From a virus (lineage: Duplodnaviria; Caudoviricetes): a stretch of 64,000 nucleotides of DNA. The notes below the pieces were generated by a model that saw only the letters and a program-made list of their open reading frames with translations, made no database searches and was not told where the DNA came from. Every line of letters begins with the position of its first letter. Within the stretch, counting starts at the first letter, position 1. Below are positions 1-9,314 of this stretch, piece after piece. The stretch lies in IMG/VR virus record IMGVR_UViG_3300031853_000003, positions 91,392-155,391 of that record. One strand, given 5' to 3'. The translations under genes and the position numbers were made by a program.

Positions 1-837
1 CGTTCAAACTCAACCATCTGCAAGTTCGCAAATGAAAACAGCACCTATGCGAAAGACTCATACCGCATAGCCATTCACGGACAACGAGAAGGCGACCCTG
101 ACAGCGTACAGGTGTTCCGAGTAGACAAGGTAGGATACGGAAAAGAGCTTTCATCTGACACAATTGAGCTCCTAAACTCATTTCCTTGGGATACCGTCAA
201 AGGTACACTTGCTATCCTTGCGAGGAGCAACTCAGAGGTTGATGCACTCCAGGCCTATCTTACAGATCTAGGTGTACCCTTTGTGTCTGGTAGGAAGAAG
301 TTGGACAATGTATACATATTGAGATCGGTCATTGATTCCGAATTCATGGTAGACTGGTTGACTACTTATCTCAATGCAGATGATTATTCTAACTACATCC
401 GATACCTCGCTATTGAAGCTGACGAAAATCCGATAAATGTGCTCCTGAATCATTTCGGTCGTCATCCTAAAATTTCGTTCTTCTTAAGGAAGATAAGTAC
501 CATTCGCAAGATATTCCAGACAGATCTGCCTAGGATGACAAAGCTCTGCAATATCCTAGAGGTTTTAGATGTCAAAGACGTGATGATTGAAGAAGAGCCT
601 GAGAACGCAAGAGATGCTATTGATTATCTTATTCGGCTCATTGACGGTGATCCGGAATCAAACATCTATGTAGGCACAATCCACTCGTCAAAGGGCTTAG
701 AGTACGATACTGTTATACTCGTTGGAGTTGACAGTTACCACTTTCCGTTAAACACAGAAGAAAACAAGAACCTATACTACGTAGGTATAACAAGAGCAAA
801 GGAGAAGCTATATGTCTTCAAACAGCGTTACAGATAA
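1..837 (+). CDS. UvrD/PcrA-like SF1 helicase, C-terminal part (5' end outside window)
   Basis: Motifs AILARSN, TIHSSKGLEYDTVIL and LYYVGITRAKEKL. Confidence 0.9.
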   Translation, partial: RSNSTICKFANENSTYAKDSYRIAIHGQREGDPDSVQVFRVDKVGYGKELSSDTIELLNSFPWDTVKGTLAILARSNSEVDALQAYLTDLGVPFVSGRKKLDNVYILRSVIDSEFMVDWLTTYLNADDYSNYIRYLAIEADENPINVLLNHFGRHPKISFFLRKISTIRKIFQTDLPRMTKLCNILEVLDVKDVMIEEEPENARDAIDYLIRLIDGDPESNIYVGTIHSSKGLEYDTVILVGVDSYHFPLNTEENKNLYYVGITRAKEKLYVFKQRYR

Positions 838-1021
838 GGCAGACTACTGCGTGTACTCTGATGATCTTGAAAAGGTCATCCGTTGCAAGGGTTGCGACAA
901 GGAGCTGACATACGGTCAGTCTTACACATCAAAGAATCATCTCACATCTGCAGGTTTCGGCTACTGCATATGTGAAGAGTGTATGGAGAAGGAGTGGAAA
1001 GAAAGACATGCGAGGAAATAA
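812..1021 (+). CDS. Small Cys-rich (CxxC x2) hypothetical protein
   Basis: CKGC and CICEEC motifs; overlaps the helicase stop. Confidence 0.55.
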   Translation: MSSNSVTDKADYCVYSDDLEKVIRCKGCDKELTYGQSYTSKNHLTSAGFGYCICEECMEKEWKERHARK

Positions 1022-1403
1022 CTTAACCGAAGATCTGCTTCTTACTATATCAGATCATCTTTCCGGCAGAAAGGATTGCGTAGGTGTCGAGTATGTTGTC
1101 CGTATTGGCAAGACCGTATCTGACAAGCTGACAGATGAGGACAAGCACCATCTTGTACCATATCAAGACTATCCGGCAGAATCTATCTGTATGTATCCTT
1201 CCGTGAAAGTGTTCCCTGACATTCATCATAGGCACATTGACGACAAAGAACCGATATTGCAACACGTCATCAATCGACACTTTCCGGACCTTTCAACTAA
1301 CGCAGTAACATATACCGGTGTTGATATCACAAAGCTGATTCCGGGTACATACAAATATGTAATGAATCCTGGAGTTAAACGTCGCCAGTGGAAGCTGCTG
1401 TGA
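1008..1403 (+). CDS. Hypothetical protein
   Basis: ORF fills the operon gap; ATG at 1008 overlaps the previous gene. Confidence 0.55.
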   Translation: MRGNNLTEDLLLTISDHLSGRKDCVGVEYVVRIGKTVSDKLTDEDKHHLVPYQDYPAESICMYPSVKVFPDIHHRHIDDKEPILQHVINRHFPDLSTNAVTYTGVDITKLIPGTYKYVMNPGVKRRQWKLL

Positions 1404-1440
1404 TTCGTTAAATTTTCTAACAAAGGAGGAATTCACACAT

Positions 1441-3270
1441 ATGAAAATTCAATCTATCTACATGAAGAATCTTCATCGCGTTGATGAAGCGGCCTACACA
1501 TTTGATGGTCAGACATATCTCTACGGCCCGAACGGAGCTGGTAAGTCTACCATCCTCAATGCTATTCAGCTTGCCCTTCTCGGGTACATTCCGGGCACAA
1601 GTAAGAAGGTCGCTGATATCTTCAAGCACGCCAAGCGAAGCCCTATGATCGTTGAGATACGACTCGTCGGCGAGAACGGTCCGGTAACTATTCGCAGACG
1701 CTGGTCCGGTAAGAGTACAATCTCGACATCTGTCGAAGTATCACCCGAAGAGTACGACATCAAGTCAGTTATTAAGGATCTGGAACTTCCGGTCTTCAAT
1801 TTCGGAGAATTCGCAGGTATGACAGCCAACCAGCTGAAATCCTGGTTCATTCAGTTTCTGCCGGATGTTGATTCCGAAATCGACTGGAAGAGCATTCTCA
1901 CATATGAGGATGAAATCCGAGATAAGGATCTTATCCCTCAGATCCTTGCGGAGGTTGAAGCGTGCGGAAAGCATGGTGTAGACCTTGTTAAGCACATCAA
2001 CACCTTCCTCAAAAACAAGCTCACATTCGTGCAGTCAGAACTCACAAGACAGTCCGCTACGGTACAGTCACTGGTCTTCTATGATGAAGAGGATCTTGGT
2101 GCAGAGGATCCGTCCAACATCCGAGAGCAGATCAAATCTCTGACAGCTACGCGAAACAACATTGCGTCTCAGAGTAGACTTGTTGCTCAGAAGCAGTCAG
2201 TGCTGAAGCAGATCGCTGATCTCGAAGCTTCTCAGGGACTTGTTGAATCCCGGGATGCAGATGACCGTATCAAAGAGATAGATGCGAATCAGCCCAAGTT
2301 CGTCAAGATCATCGAGCAGAACGATGCTAAGATCGAAGAGCTCAACGCAGCTATGTCTGACCTGGATCAGACAATCCACGATATGCAATCAGTAATCAAC
2401 GGAAGTGGAGTATGCCCGTTCACCTCGAGCGTATGTCCGTCTATCCAGACTATGATCCAGGAGTACACTGGAAAGCTTCCGGAAATCACTAAGCAAAGAG
2501 ATGAGATGCTCGCTCAGCGTAATGCACTTCGCAGAGAAAGAGATGACGCATCTACTAAGATGCACACCGACATCCAGACGAAACTCGTACTGTCAAGTGC
2601 GTACGGACAGAGAAATGGCCTCAAGGACACGCTGGCCACTATGTCAGACGTTCCGGATACCGTTCAGACAACTGAGGAAATCGACAAGCAAATTGACCAT
2701 CTCCAGGACACACTCGTCAAACTCGAAGCGAATGAGAGGTACAATCAGCTCATTGACACCCTCACAGCATCTAAGTATATGCTCGAGCAAGATATCATCA
2801 TTCTCAAATCCTGGATCAAGGCAACTGATGCAAATGGTCTCCAGTCTCGAATGATGTCTGAGCCTTTCAAAGAGCTTGCCGACGATCTTGACAACTACAT
2901 CCTCGAGATGATGCCCGATAACGTATCCAAGGTCAACTTCAACGTATCCGAGAAAGCTAACAGCTTCAGCTTCGGCTTGACCCGCAAGTACGGCGACCAG
3001 GAAGTATACATCCCGTATGACATCTTATCAAGCGGAGAGAAGTGTATGTACACAATCGGATTGATGATGTATATCATTGATCACACCAATTCTCCTCTTA
3101 AGGTCATTCTCATCGACGACCTTCTCGACCATGTTGATACAAATCAGCTCAGTAAGTTATGGGATTGGTTGTCTACAACCGACATCCAGATGATCTTCGC
3201 AGGTGTTCGTCAGTGCGACGCTATCGGTGAAGACAGTCCCTGGAACATCGTCAATGTCGAAAGGAAGTAA
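1441..3270 (+). CDS. SbcC/Rad50-like SMC ATPase
   Basis: Walker A GPNGAGKS, long coiled coil with central CPFxxxxC hook, signature LSSGE, Walker B ILIDD; strong RBS. Confidence 0.88.
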   Translation: MKIQSIYMKNLHRVDEAAYTFDGQTYLYGPNGAGKSTILNAIQLALLGYIPGTSKKVADIFKHAKRSPMIVEIRLVGENGPVTIRRRWSGKSTISTSVEVSPEEYDIKSVIKDLELPVFNFGEFAGMTANQLKSWFIQFLPDVDSEIDWKSILTYEDEIRDKDLIPQILAEVEACGKHGVDLVKHINTFLKNKLTFVQSELTRQSATVQSLVFYDEEDLGAEDPSNIREQIKSLTATRNNIASQSRLVAQKQSVLKQIADLEASQGLVESRDADDRIKEIDANQPKFVKIIEQNDAKIEELNAAMSDLDQTIHDMQSVINGSGVCPFTSSVCPSIQTMIQEYTGKLPEITKQRDEMLAQRNALRRERDDASTKMHTDIQTKLVLSSAYGQRNGLKDTLATMSDVPDTVQTTEEIDKQIDHLQDTLVKLEANERYNQLIDTLTASKYMLEQDIIILKSWIKATDANGLQSRMMSEPFKELADDLDNYILEMMPDNVSKVNFNVSEKANSFSFGLTRKYGDQEVYIPYDILSSGEKCMYTIGLMMYIIDHTNSPLKVILIDDLLDHVDTNQLSKLWDWLSTTDIQMIFAGVRQCDAIGEDSPWNIVNVERK

Positions 3271-3473
3271 TATGTCACCTCAGGATATCTTGAATTCTGT
3301 GAAAGAAGCGATGCCGGGCCTTGATGGTCCGGCAAAGTACGCTGAATATGAAAGAGCAAAGCAACAATTGTTGTCACAAGGCTACTATGGATATGAGAAG
3401 GAGCTTGCAGACATACTCAACATCTAACCTTCCATATGAGTACAATATTGTTATATGGAGGAATACTATACAC

Positions 3474-3959
3474 ATGTTAGAGCTAACAATTGGTGAGAAG
3501 CACCGAGTGAAGGTGGTCAAGTATCTGTCTAAGGGCATACTTGTCAAAGTTGAGGGAGACAACAGTGATAACACAATGTTTATTCATCTGTCGAAGATAT
3601 CCCCTAAATTTGTCACAGACGTATCCGATTTCGTGACGATGGGAGAAGTCTACGAAGCAGAAGTCGTACCTAGTCCTATTCCCGACAAACCATTTGAGTT
3701 GTCGCTGCTTGCGCTGAATCTTCATTCCAAAGCACCTTACACACCTCGTGCTACTTATTCAGATGGTTCGTTAAATAAATCACAGCAATCACATAGAACC
3801 CAACCTCCTAGAGGACATTCTGATCACAAGCCAAAGTATAACAAACAGCGTTCCGAAAGGTCACTTGATGACATGATCAAAGACGTTGAAGCGTCGTACA
3901 ATGATAAGTTTCGTGGTAAGGGAGAACCTAGGGGAAGACGACGCAGAAGTCGTAGATAA
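3474..3959 (+). CDS. S1 RNA-binding domain protein (YugI/YabR-like)
   Basis: S1 pattern VKVVK..KGILV..FIHLSKIS..FV..GE and a basic C-terminal tail; GGAGG RBS before ATG 3474. Confidence 0.8.
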   Translation: MLELTIGEKHRVKVVKYLSKGILVKVEGDNSDNTMFIHLSKISPKFVTDVSDFVTMGEVYEAEVVPSPIPDKPFELSLLALNLHSKAPYTPRATYSDGSLNKSQQSHRTQPPRGHSDHKPKYNKQRSERSLDDMIKDVEASYNDKFRGKGEPRGRRRRSRR

Positions 3960-3970
3960 GGAGAATCAAT

Positions 3971-4363
3971 ATGTCCCCATACAGAGTATTGGCACGATCC
4001 AAAGATGGTAAGCATCTAGTCCTTGCCGCCATGTTGTCAGTAGACAAGAAGTCCCAAGAACGACGAATATTTATCGTTGAAAAGGTGGTTCCAATTTGGG
4101 GACAGGAGCCTAAGAAAGAACGAGTTGAAGAGCTCGCTGATATCGCACATGCGATGGTGACCCGAAAGAATTCATCTATTCTCGCTCAATACAAGATCAT
4201 AAAGACAGAGCAGATGACCAAACCGTATAAGGTTTCACGTGTCACATTCAGTAAGACTCTTTACATACTTTCCGGTATGCAGTATCTCCAGTCAGGTTGC
4301 TTAGTTGCAGCTATGGAAGACTTCTGCATCCGAGCAGGTTTTGACATTCTCTATCAATTTTAA
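3971..4363 (+). CDS. Hypothetical protein
   Basis: AAGGAG RBS; 130-aa ORF. Confidence 0.6.
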   Translation: MSPYRVLARSKDGKHLVLAAMLSVDKKSQERRIFIVEKVVPIWGQEPKKERVEELADIAHAMVTRKNSSILAQYKIIKTEQMTKPYKVSRVTFSKTLYILSGMQYLQSGCLVAAMEDFCIRAGFDILYQF

Positions 4364-4369
4364 GGACTG

Positions 4370-4624
4370 ATGACAATAGCTAGTTCCACACCTAACAACA
4401 TCGAGTTTGATCTGGATCAGATGACTCTGTTTATCGACACTGTACGTAATCAGAAGATTGCAGAGATCGATCAACTGGTATCTGAATTCGATGAATTACG
4501 GAAAGAATATATGTCTGAGATAGACAAATTGAGGTCTTTCTACGGGCCTCAATTTGTTGCAATCTTAGCACAGATACAATCTAACAACAGGTTCATAGGC
4601 GAGGTATCAGATGTTAACAAATGA
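4370..4624 (+). CDS. Hypothetical protein
   Basis: RBS and operon-like spacing. Confidence 0.55.
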   Translation: MTIASSTPNNIEFDLDQMTLFIDTVRNQKIAEIDQLVSEFDELRKEYMSEIDKLRSFYGPQFVAILAQIQSNNRFIGEVSDVNK

Positions 4625-4934
4625 TGATATGCAGATAATTGCGAAGATAGCAGCTGAATGCATTTCGCAAGCTAAGATAATGGAGAGTATTGACTCACTA
4701 TCAAGCTCGCAGAGTACTATATGTAAGCTACTTGACGGTGTTCGACAGCTCACAGAGAAATACAGATTCGAACTCGCAGCCAACGACCTCTTCTTGAGAG
4801 AAGTCATATTCTCAAAAGGTCTATCCTCTAAAGAAGTATATGACAACTGGATAAAGGAATTCTATCGAATCAACCAAGAACAGTATCAAGAGGCCATCAA
4901 ACCGTTATATCACGATGACGATTCAGAAGAATAA
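4611..4934 (+). CDS. Hypothetical protein
   Basis: GAGGT RBS; overlaps the previous gene. Confidence 0.55.
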   Translation: MLTNDDMQIIAKIAAECISQAKIMESIDSLSSSQSTICKLLDGVRQLTEKYRFELAANDLFLREVIFSKGLSSKEVYDNWIKEFYRINQEQYQEAIKPLYHDDDSEE

Positions 4935-4961
4935 ATTTTTCAAAATATTTTGAAAAATCGC

Positions 4962-4990
4962 TTGACTTTTTGAATCAATCCGTCTATAAT
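4962..4990 (+). promoter_or_regulatory. sigmaA/sigma70-type early promoter
   Basis: TTGACT-N17-TATAAT preceded by an AT-rich 24-bp palindrome (4935-4958). Confidence 0.85.
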
Positions 4991-5042
4991 ATACTTGTAA
5001 GGACATATAACACCTACTATTCAACACAAAGGAGATTACATC

Positions 5043-5654
5043 ATGGCTAAAGTACAACTTATCAAGAAAGCAAGAAAAGCTTGGTGCTGCCAGAAATGTC
5101 ACGCAGAGATCAAAGTCGGCGACCCGTACTACAGAGCAGAAGTCAACTTCGGTCCTGTATTCATCAGATGCACATCCTGCGGACTCAAGTCCTACGAAGC
5201 AACAACTTCCGAGTATACACAGCGTGTAGGTCAGCTCGTCAATGAGTGGGTCGACATCTACGGTGTCAACGAAGATGCTCTTGAAGACATAAAGTCCGAG
5301 ATCGAAGAGATCAGAGACGAAGTAGAGAGCCGTCTCGATGAGATGCCGGATCAGCTCAGAGATTCCAGTTCCTCAGGTGAGCTCCTCCAGGAACGTCTCG
5401 ACAATCTCGAGAGCGCATATGATGATCTCGATGCTATCGACGTCGACGACATGAAGCGTGAAGCTGTCCTGGAGTTTGACGATGATCTCGTTGAACACTA
5501 CAGAGTAGACCTGGATGAACATGACGACTTCGACTATGATGAGGTCATCGCGGACGACTCACTCGATGAAGACCTTAGAGAGCAGATCGAGTCCTCTTTC
5601 AAGGACACCCTTGAATCCGCTATCGAGGACGCCATCGGCTCGCTTGAGTACTGA
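5043..5654 (+). CDS. Zn-finger plus acidic coiled-coil early protein
   Basis: CCQKC and CTSC motifs, very acidic helical C-terminus; AAGGAG RBS. Confidence 0.7.
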   Translation: MAKVQLIKKARKAWCCQKCHAEIKVGDPYYRAEVNFGPVFIRCTSCGLKSYEATTSEYTQRVGQLVNEWVDIYGVNEDALEDIKSEIEEIRDEVESRLDEMPDQLRDSSSSGELLQERLDNLESAYDDLDAIDVDDMKREAVLEFDDDLVEHYRVDLDEHDDFDYDEVIADDSLDEDLREQIESSFKDTLESAIEDAIGSLEY

Positions 5655-5668
5655 GAGGAGAAGGCAAG

Positions 5669-6064
5669 ATGATCAAGAAGTATTATCATGCGACCAGCGA
5701 GGAGTGTGCTAAGTCGATTGTCCGTGACGGCAAGATCAAGTGCAACTACGGTGAGATCTTTCTCGCAGAGACAATCGACGATGCCCTCAAGTTCCTCTTC
5801 TTCCGACAGCTTGACAAGGTCGTCATATTCGAGGTAGAGCTTGATGAAGACAAGGTGGTTGAGTCATTTGACCATAACGCAGCATTCTTCGGCTGCAGAG
5901 CCTGGATGACGTTCGAGGACATACCTGTTACCTCTGAAACATCTGCTTACATCCAGGACATGTCGGAGATCTACCAACAGGTTAATCACAGAGTTACTCC
6001 TGATGAAAACAACGTCGCAGTTGTCGCGGGTGATGTACTGCAAGACGCTGTTTCAAACAGGTAA
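5669..6064 (+). CDS. Putative ADP-ribosyltransferase-fold protein
   Basis: N-terminal YHAT..A.SI..DG, then IFLA..DA..F and VIFEV, a pattern typical of small ART/Tpt1-like phage proteins. Confidence 0.45.
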   Translation: MIKKYYHATSEECAKSIVRDGKIKCNYGEIFLAETIDDALKFLFFRQLDKVVIFEVELDEDKVVESFDHNAAFFGCRAWMTFEDIPVTSETSAYIQDMSEIYQQVNHRVTPDENNVAVVAGDVLQDAVSNR

Positions 6065-6075
6065 CTATATTTCAT

Positions 6076-6498
6076 GGGCGTGCCAGGTTTCGACGGGGCG
6101 CGAGAACAAATAAGCTACGCTAGTATGCCACCGCTAAAGGGGCAACCTAAAAATAACTGACAAAGTTGTTTCTATTCACCCCGCTGCTATTGCTGCTCTT
6201 TTCGCAAGAAAGGCTGTAGCTTAATCAGCGATTTCGGGTACCAAAACGATATGGCCTGCTACTCGACGCATATCTGAGGTTCAAGGAAGTAGTAGCATCA
6301 CAGTTCGTCATCTCTGTAAAAGATGACTGGTGGAGCGATGAAACTTTTTCATCCCTAAGAGGGTAGCTGCCCTCAAGCTTCGGCTTGAACCAAACGACGT
6401 TGACAACCCGTACACAGCTTGAAATTTGTCTATGGCGTAAGAAATGCTTATTCAAGTATTCGTTTCGGACGCGGGTTCGACTCCCGCCACGTCCACCA
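6076..6498 (+). ncRNA. ssrA: tmRNA; tag ORF 6159-6224 encodes (A)DKVVSIHPAAIAALFARKAVA*
   Basis: 5' GGGCGTG..TTCGAC and 3' GCGGGTTCGACTCCCGC-CACGTCC-ACCA with the G3:U Ala identity pair; AATAACT-GAC resume context. Confidence 0.95.
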
Positions 6499-6680
6499 CA
6501 AGGCAAAGTGAGCCTTCTCTGATTTGCAAGTCAGGTCAATCACCGTGAGATGCGAACTCGTACAGGCCGAACTGCTCTAACGCGTGTACAAAAAGCTAAC
6601 CCGGGGTCACTGAAAGTTATAAAATACAGTGTCAAGAAACCTCGCCGGTGGGCTACGAGCAGCGCTGCACCGGCATACCT

Positions 6681-6755
6681 TGGGTAGTAGCCAAGCGGTA
6701 AGGCAACGGACTTTGACTCCGTCATCCGTGAGTTCGAACCTCGCCTACCCAGCCA
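6681..6755 (+). tRNA. tRNA-Gln(TTG)
   Basis: Full cloverleaf, anticodon loop CTTTGAC, T-loop TTCGAAC, encoded CCA. Confidence 0.95.
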
Positions 6756-6864
6756 TCGCAGTCGAGACCGCCTTCCTTCGACTGAGAACAAGCCGGTAGT
6801 GAGCGGACAAAAACAAGTTTGCCAAAGGCAGAGAACAAGTTGACTACCCAACTTGTTTTCACAT

Positions 6865-7028
6865 GGTTGATGTTTGTAGTGGCGGAATATGTAGACGCGG
6901 AGAAATGTTTGACAGGCCCTGTAGTTAAAGACTGATTGGCAGTAAGGGGCAAAGACGGTTCGAAACCCACTAATCCGAGCAGATACCGGCTCATGTGAGG
7001 TGCAAATCCTCACCTACAAACATTGACC
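6865..7028 (+). ncRNA. tRNA-like RNA with ~90-nt insert replacing the anticodon arm
   Basis: Acceptor TTTGTAG/CTACAAA (extendable to 15 bp), Leu-like D arm GGCGGAATATGTAGACGC, T arm GTGAGG-TGCAAAT-CCTCAC; no CCA. Confidence 0.7.
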
Positions 7029-7060
7029 TATTTCCTAGTTTATTTTAGGAGTGTTATCTG

Positions 7061-7552
7061 ATGTTACAACCTGCAATCCTTTATAAAGACGCAATTGAGG
7101 CCGCATTTAGCGCACAGTTATATACAGAAGATTTCTTCTATTATGCTGGATATAGAGGAGCCACTTATATCCCTGAAATAAAGCGCGAAGATTTCGTTTA
7201 CCAATATGCTATAGTAGATCCTACTAAGGACAAAGGTAACGAATTGATCGGATACTTTTCTTACCAATTTGACACACTCAACGATACAGCACGCAATTTC
7301 GGGTTGTACTCATTTGATCGAGGTAATAAGATCATCGGCAGAGACATAATCAAAAAGATGCGAGAGTTAGTACAGTCACATCATCGTGTAGAGTGGCGCA
7401 TGATAGGTGGCAATCCTGTGAAGCGACATTACGACAAGTTCTGCCGTCGATACGGAGGTAATGTTGTAAAACTACACGAAGTTGTAAAGTCTCCATCTGG
7501 AAAATATGTAGATGAATACCTGTACGAAATTGTCAATACCGACAAACATTGA
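7061..7552 (+). CDS. GNAT-fold acetyltransferase-like protein
   Basis: ELIGYFSY, HRVEW..IGGNP..HYDKF..YGG and GKYVD..LYEI, a RimJ/L-like layout. Confidence 0.6.
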   Translation: MLQPAILYKDAIEAAFSAQLYTEDFFYYAGYRGATYIPEIKREDFVYQYAIVDPTKDKGNELIGYFSYQFDTLNDTARNFGLYSFDRGNKIIGRDIIKKMRELVQSHHRVEWRMIGGNPVKRHYDKFCRRYGGNVVKLHEVVKSPSGKYVDEYLYEIVNTDKH

Positions 7553-7562
7553 GGAATTTCAC

Positions 7563-7973
7563 ATGATTAGACCAAAAGTTTGCCCAAATTGTGGCGGTCG
7601 AATTGATTTAGCTACATATAGATGTCAATACTGCGATACTCAGTTTTATCGAGATGACGAAGAAGACCTAGTTGAGTATGGGTACAATAACAACTTTCAC
7701 CCTGCGCTAGTTGACGGTGACTATGCAACAGTAGCTACACAGATACAGATGCGAGAAGAAGATATACTTCGATTTGAGCAAGATGTTGCGTTTAGAAATC
7801 AAGTGGCGGAAGAACTCGCTGCAAACTTGGCCAATGCGCTCATTAGATATATGTATTTCAATATAACTGATTCTGTAGACGATAATGAAAAAGGCATACG
7901 TGGGTATTTGAAGGTGAAGCGATATTCTGCGCCGCAAGAAGCTGACATACTTAAGAAATTTGGACTCAGCTGA
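7563..7973 (+). CDS. Zn-ribbon hypothetical protein
   Basis: CPNCGG..CQYC at the N-terminus; GAGG RBS. Confidence 0.6.
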   Translation: MIRPKVCPNCGGRIDLATYRCQYCDTQFYRDDEEDLVEYGYNNNFHPALVDGDYATVATQIQMREEDILRFEQDVAFRNQVAEELAANLANALIRYMYFNITDSVDDNEKGIRGYLKVKRYSAPQEADILKKFGLS

Positions 7974-8024
7974 CTCGTTACATAAGCGGTGCATTGGTGG
8001 AGAACGATATGATGATGAGGATAA

Positions 8025-8246
8025 ATGATGGATTATGAAGATTGGGCAAAAAGTTACGAACAAACAGCAGAACAACTAAGGCGAATCATAGTTCGTAATC
8101 AAGAGCTTCTCCGGCATAATGATTTATCTTCTAGTTGCAGAGAGCTAATATCTGCTCAGATACAGCAGCATAGAAAACTAGTTAAACACTGTTTAAGAAC
8201 AGCTAGGGAGCTAAGAAAGCAAGGAGAGACACATGAAATTCAATAG
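8025..8246 (+). CDS. Hypothetical protein
   Basis: GAGG RBS, downstream of a TCGTTA motif. Confidence 0.5.
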   Translation: MMDYEDWAKSYEQTAEQLRRIIVRNQELLRHNDLSSSCRELISAQIQQHRKLVKHCLRTARELRKQGETHEIQ

Positions 8247-8442
8247 AAAATGCCCAATCTGTCGGCGTAAAGCTACACACAGATTTGGTAAACTCGATTT
8301 CTGTGATGATCATTACAAAGATGTTCGGAAGTCGGATTGCTGCAAGCGCAGAAAAGCAACCACAGTTTGGGCTGAACGCTATGTAGGAATGTTCAGCTCG
8401 GATTGCAAAATCTATAGAGATTATCTCGTCAAGATTCACTAA
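8233..8442 (+). CDS. Small Cys-rich hypothetical protein
   Basis: CPIC..FCDDH; AAGGAG RBS. Confidence 0.55.
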   Translation: MKFNRKCPICRRKATHRFGKLDFCDDHYKDVRKSDCCKRRKATTVWAERYVGMFSSDCKIYRDYLVKIH

Positions 8443-8446
8443 TCTT

Positions 8447-8785
8447 ATGAGGAATAGGACGATGGAACGACTCAAGTGGCACAAATGGGAATATGCCGCA
8501 GGAGCAGATCGCAAAGAGACATACCTTTCCTTATTTGAATTGCGATATGCAAACAACAAGACGTTATTTTCTGTAGAATTTCGCATTGATGTTTATTATT
8601 CTGGAGCGCGACAGCATAGAGCTCCTGACATTTCTGTTTACTATGTGCTGGGTGCAGATGAAGATCGAAATGATTATGAACTCTTTTCACTTAATGCAAT
8701 CTCGTCTGTTGACATAGCTAAATCTCTATGTGAGCAAGAGTTACGAACGATGCTATTGCAACTACATCGAGGTTCTAAGGCATAG
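8447..8785 (+). CDS. Hypothetical protein
   Basis: ORF in operon. Confidence 0.5.
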   Translation: MRNRTMERLKWHKWEYAAGADRKETYLSLFELRYANNKTLFSVEFRIDVYYSGARQHRAPDISVYYVLGADEDRNDYELFSLNAISSVDIAKSLCEQELRTMLLQLHRGSKA

Positions 8786-8826
8786 AATCGTTATATTGAT
8801 CAGCTAGATTACAAGGAGATTTAGAT

Positions 8827-9009
8827 ATGAAAGATCATCTGCGATACGAAATATATTCTGATGAAGAGCAACGAGTGATCGACTACTGCTCAAATAAGCA
8901 AGGCGCCATTGCTCGCGCCTATGAACTTATGCGTAGATACGGTCCAATGTCCGTTATCAGAAGTAAGACAGGTGAGATAGTGTTCGAGACTCATCCCGAT
9001 TGGCCTTGA
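8827..9009 (+). CDS. Hypothetical protein
   Basis: AAGGAG RBS and upstream TCGTTA motif. Confidence 0.6.
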   Translation: MKDHLRYEIYSDEEQRVIDYCSNKQGAIARAYELMRRYGPMSVIRSKTGEIVFETHPDWP

Positions 9010-9112
9010 TCATTTCAGATCAGCTAAAGATGGCTGTATTTAATATATTGAAAGCTGCATCCGAGATAGATCATATTTGCATGAGTTGTACATTACTTGT
9101 GCAAACACATCT

Positions 9113-9188
9113 GCACCGTTAGCTCAGCTGGTAGAGCAGCAAACTCATAATTTGCAAGTGCAGGGTTCGAGTCCCTGACGGTGCACCA
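9113..9188 (+). tRNA. tRNA(CAT), elongator Met or Ile2
   Basis: Cloverleaf, GCAAA-CTCATAA-TTTGC, G1-C72 pair (not initiator), CCA. Confidence 0.93.
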
Positions 9189-9314
9189 TAAGATCCTGGC
9201 CGACAAAAACGACAGTAAAGACACAGATATGGGCAAATGCGTGTATTGGGATCAGGCGGGAACGCCAAAATGTAGTTGAAAATAGAGCGGGGAATATCAA
9301 CTACGACTTTATAT

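Noticed and set aside
6900-6992. Group I intron in the tRNA-like RNA
   Set aside because: About 90 nt is too short and no P7 core is recognisable.
6225-7013. Minus-strand ORFs over tmRNA/tRNAs (also 9119-9403 and 11230-11445)
   Set aside because: Shadow ORFs antisense to RNA genes, with no RBS.
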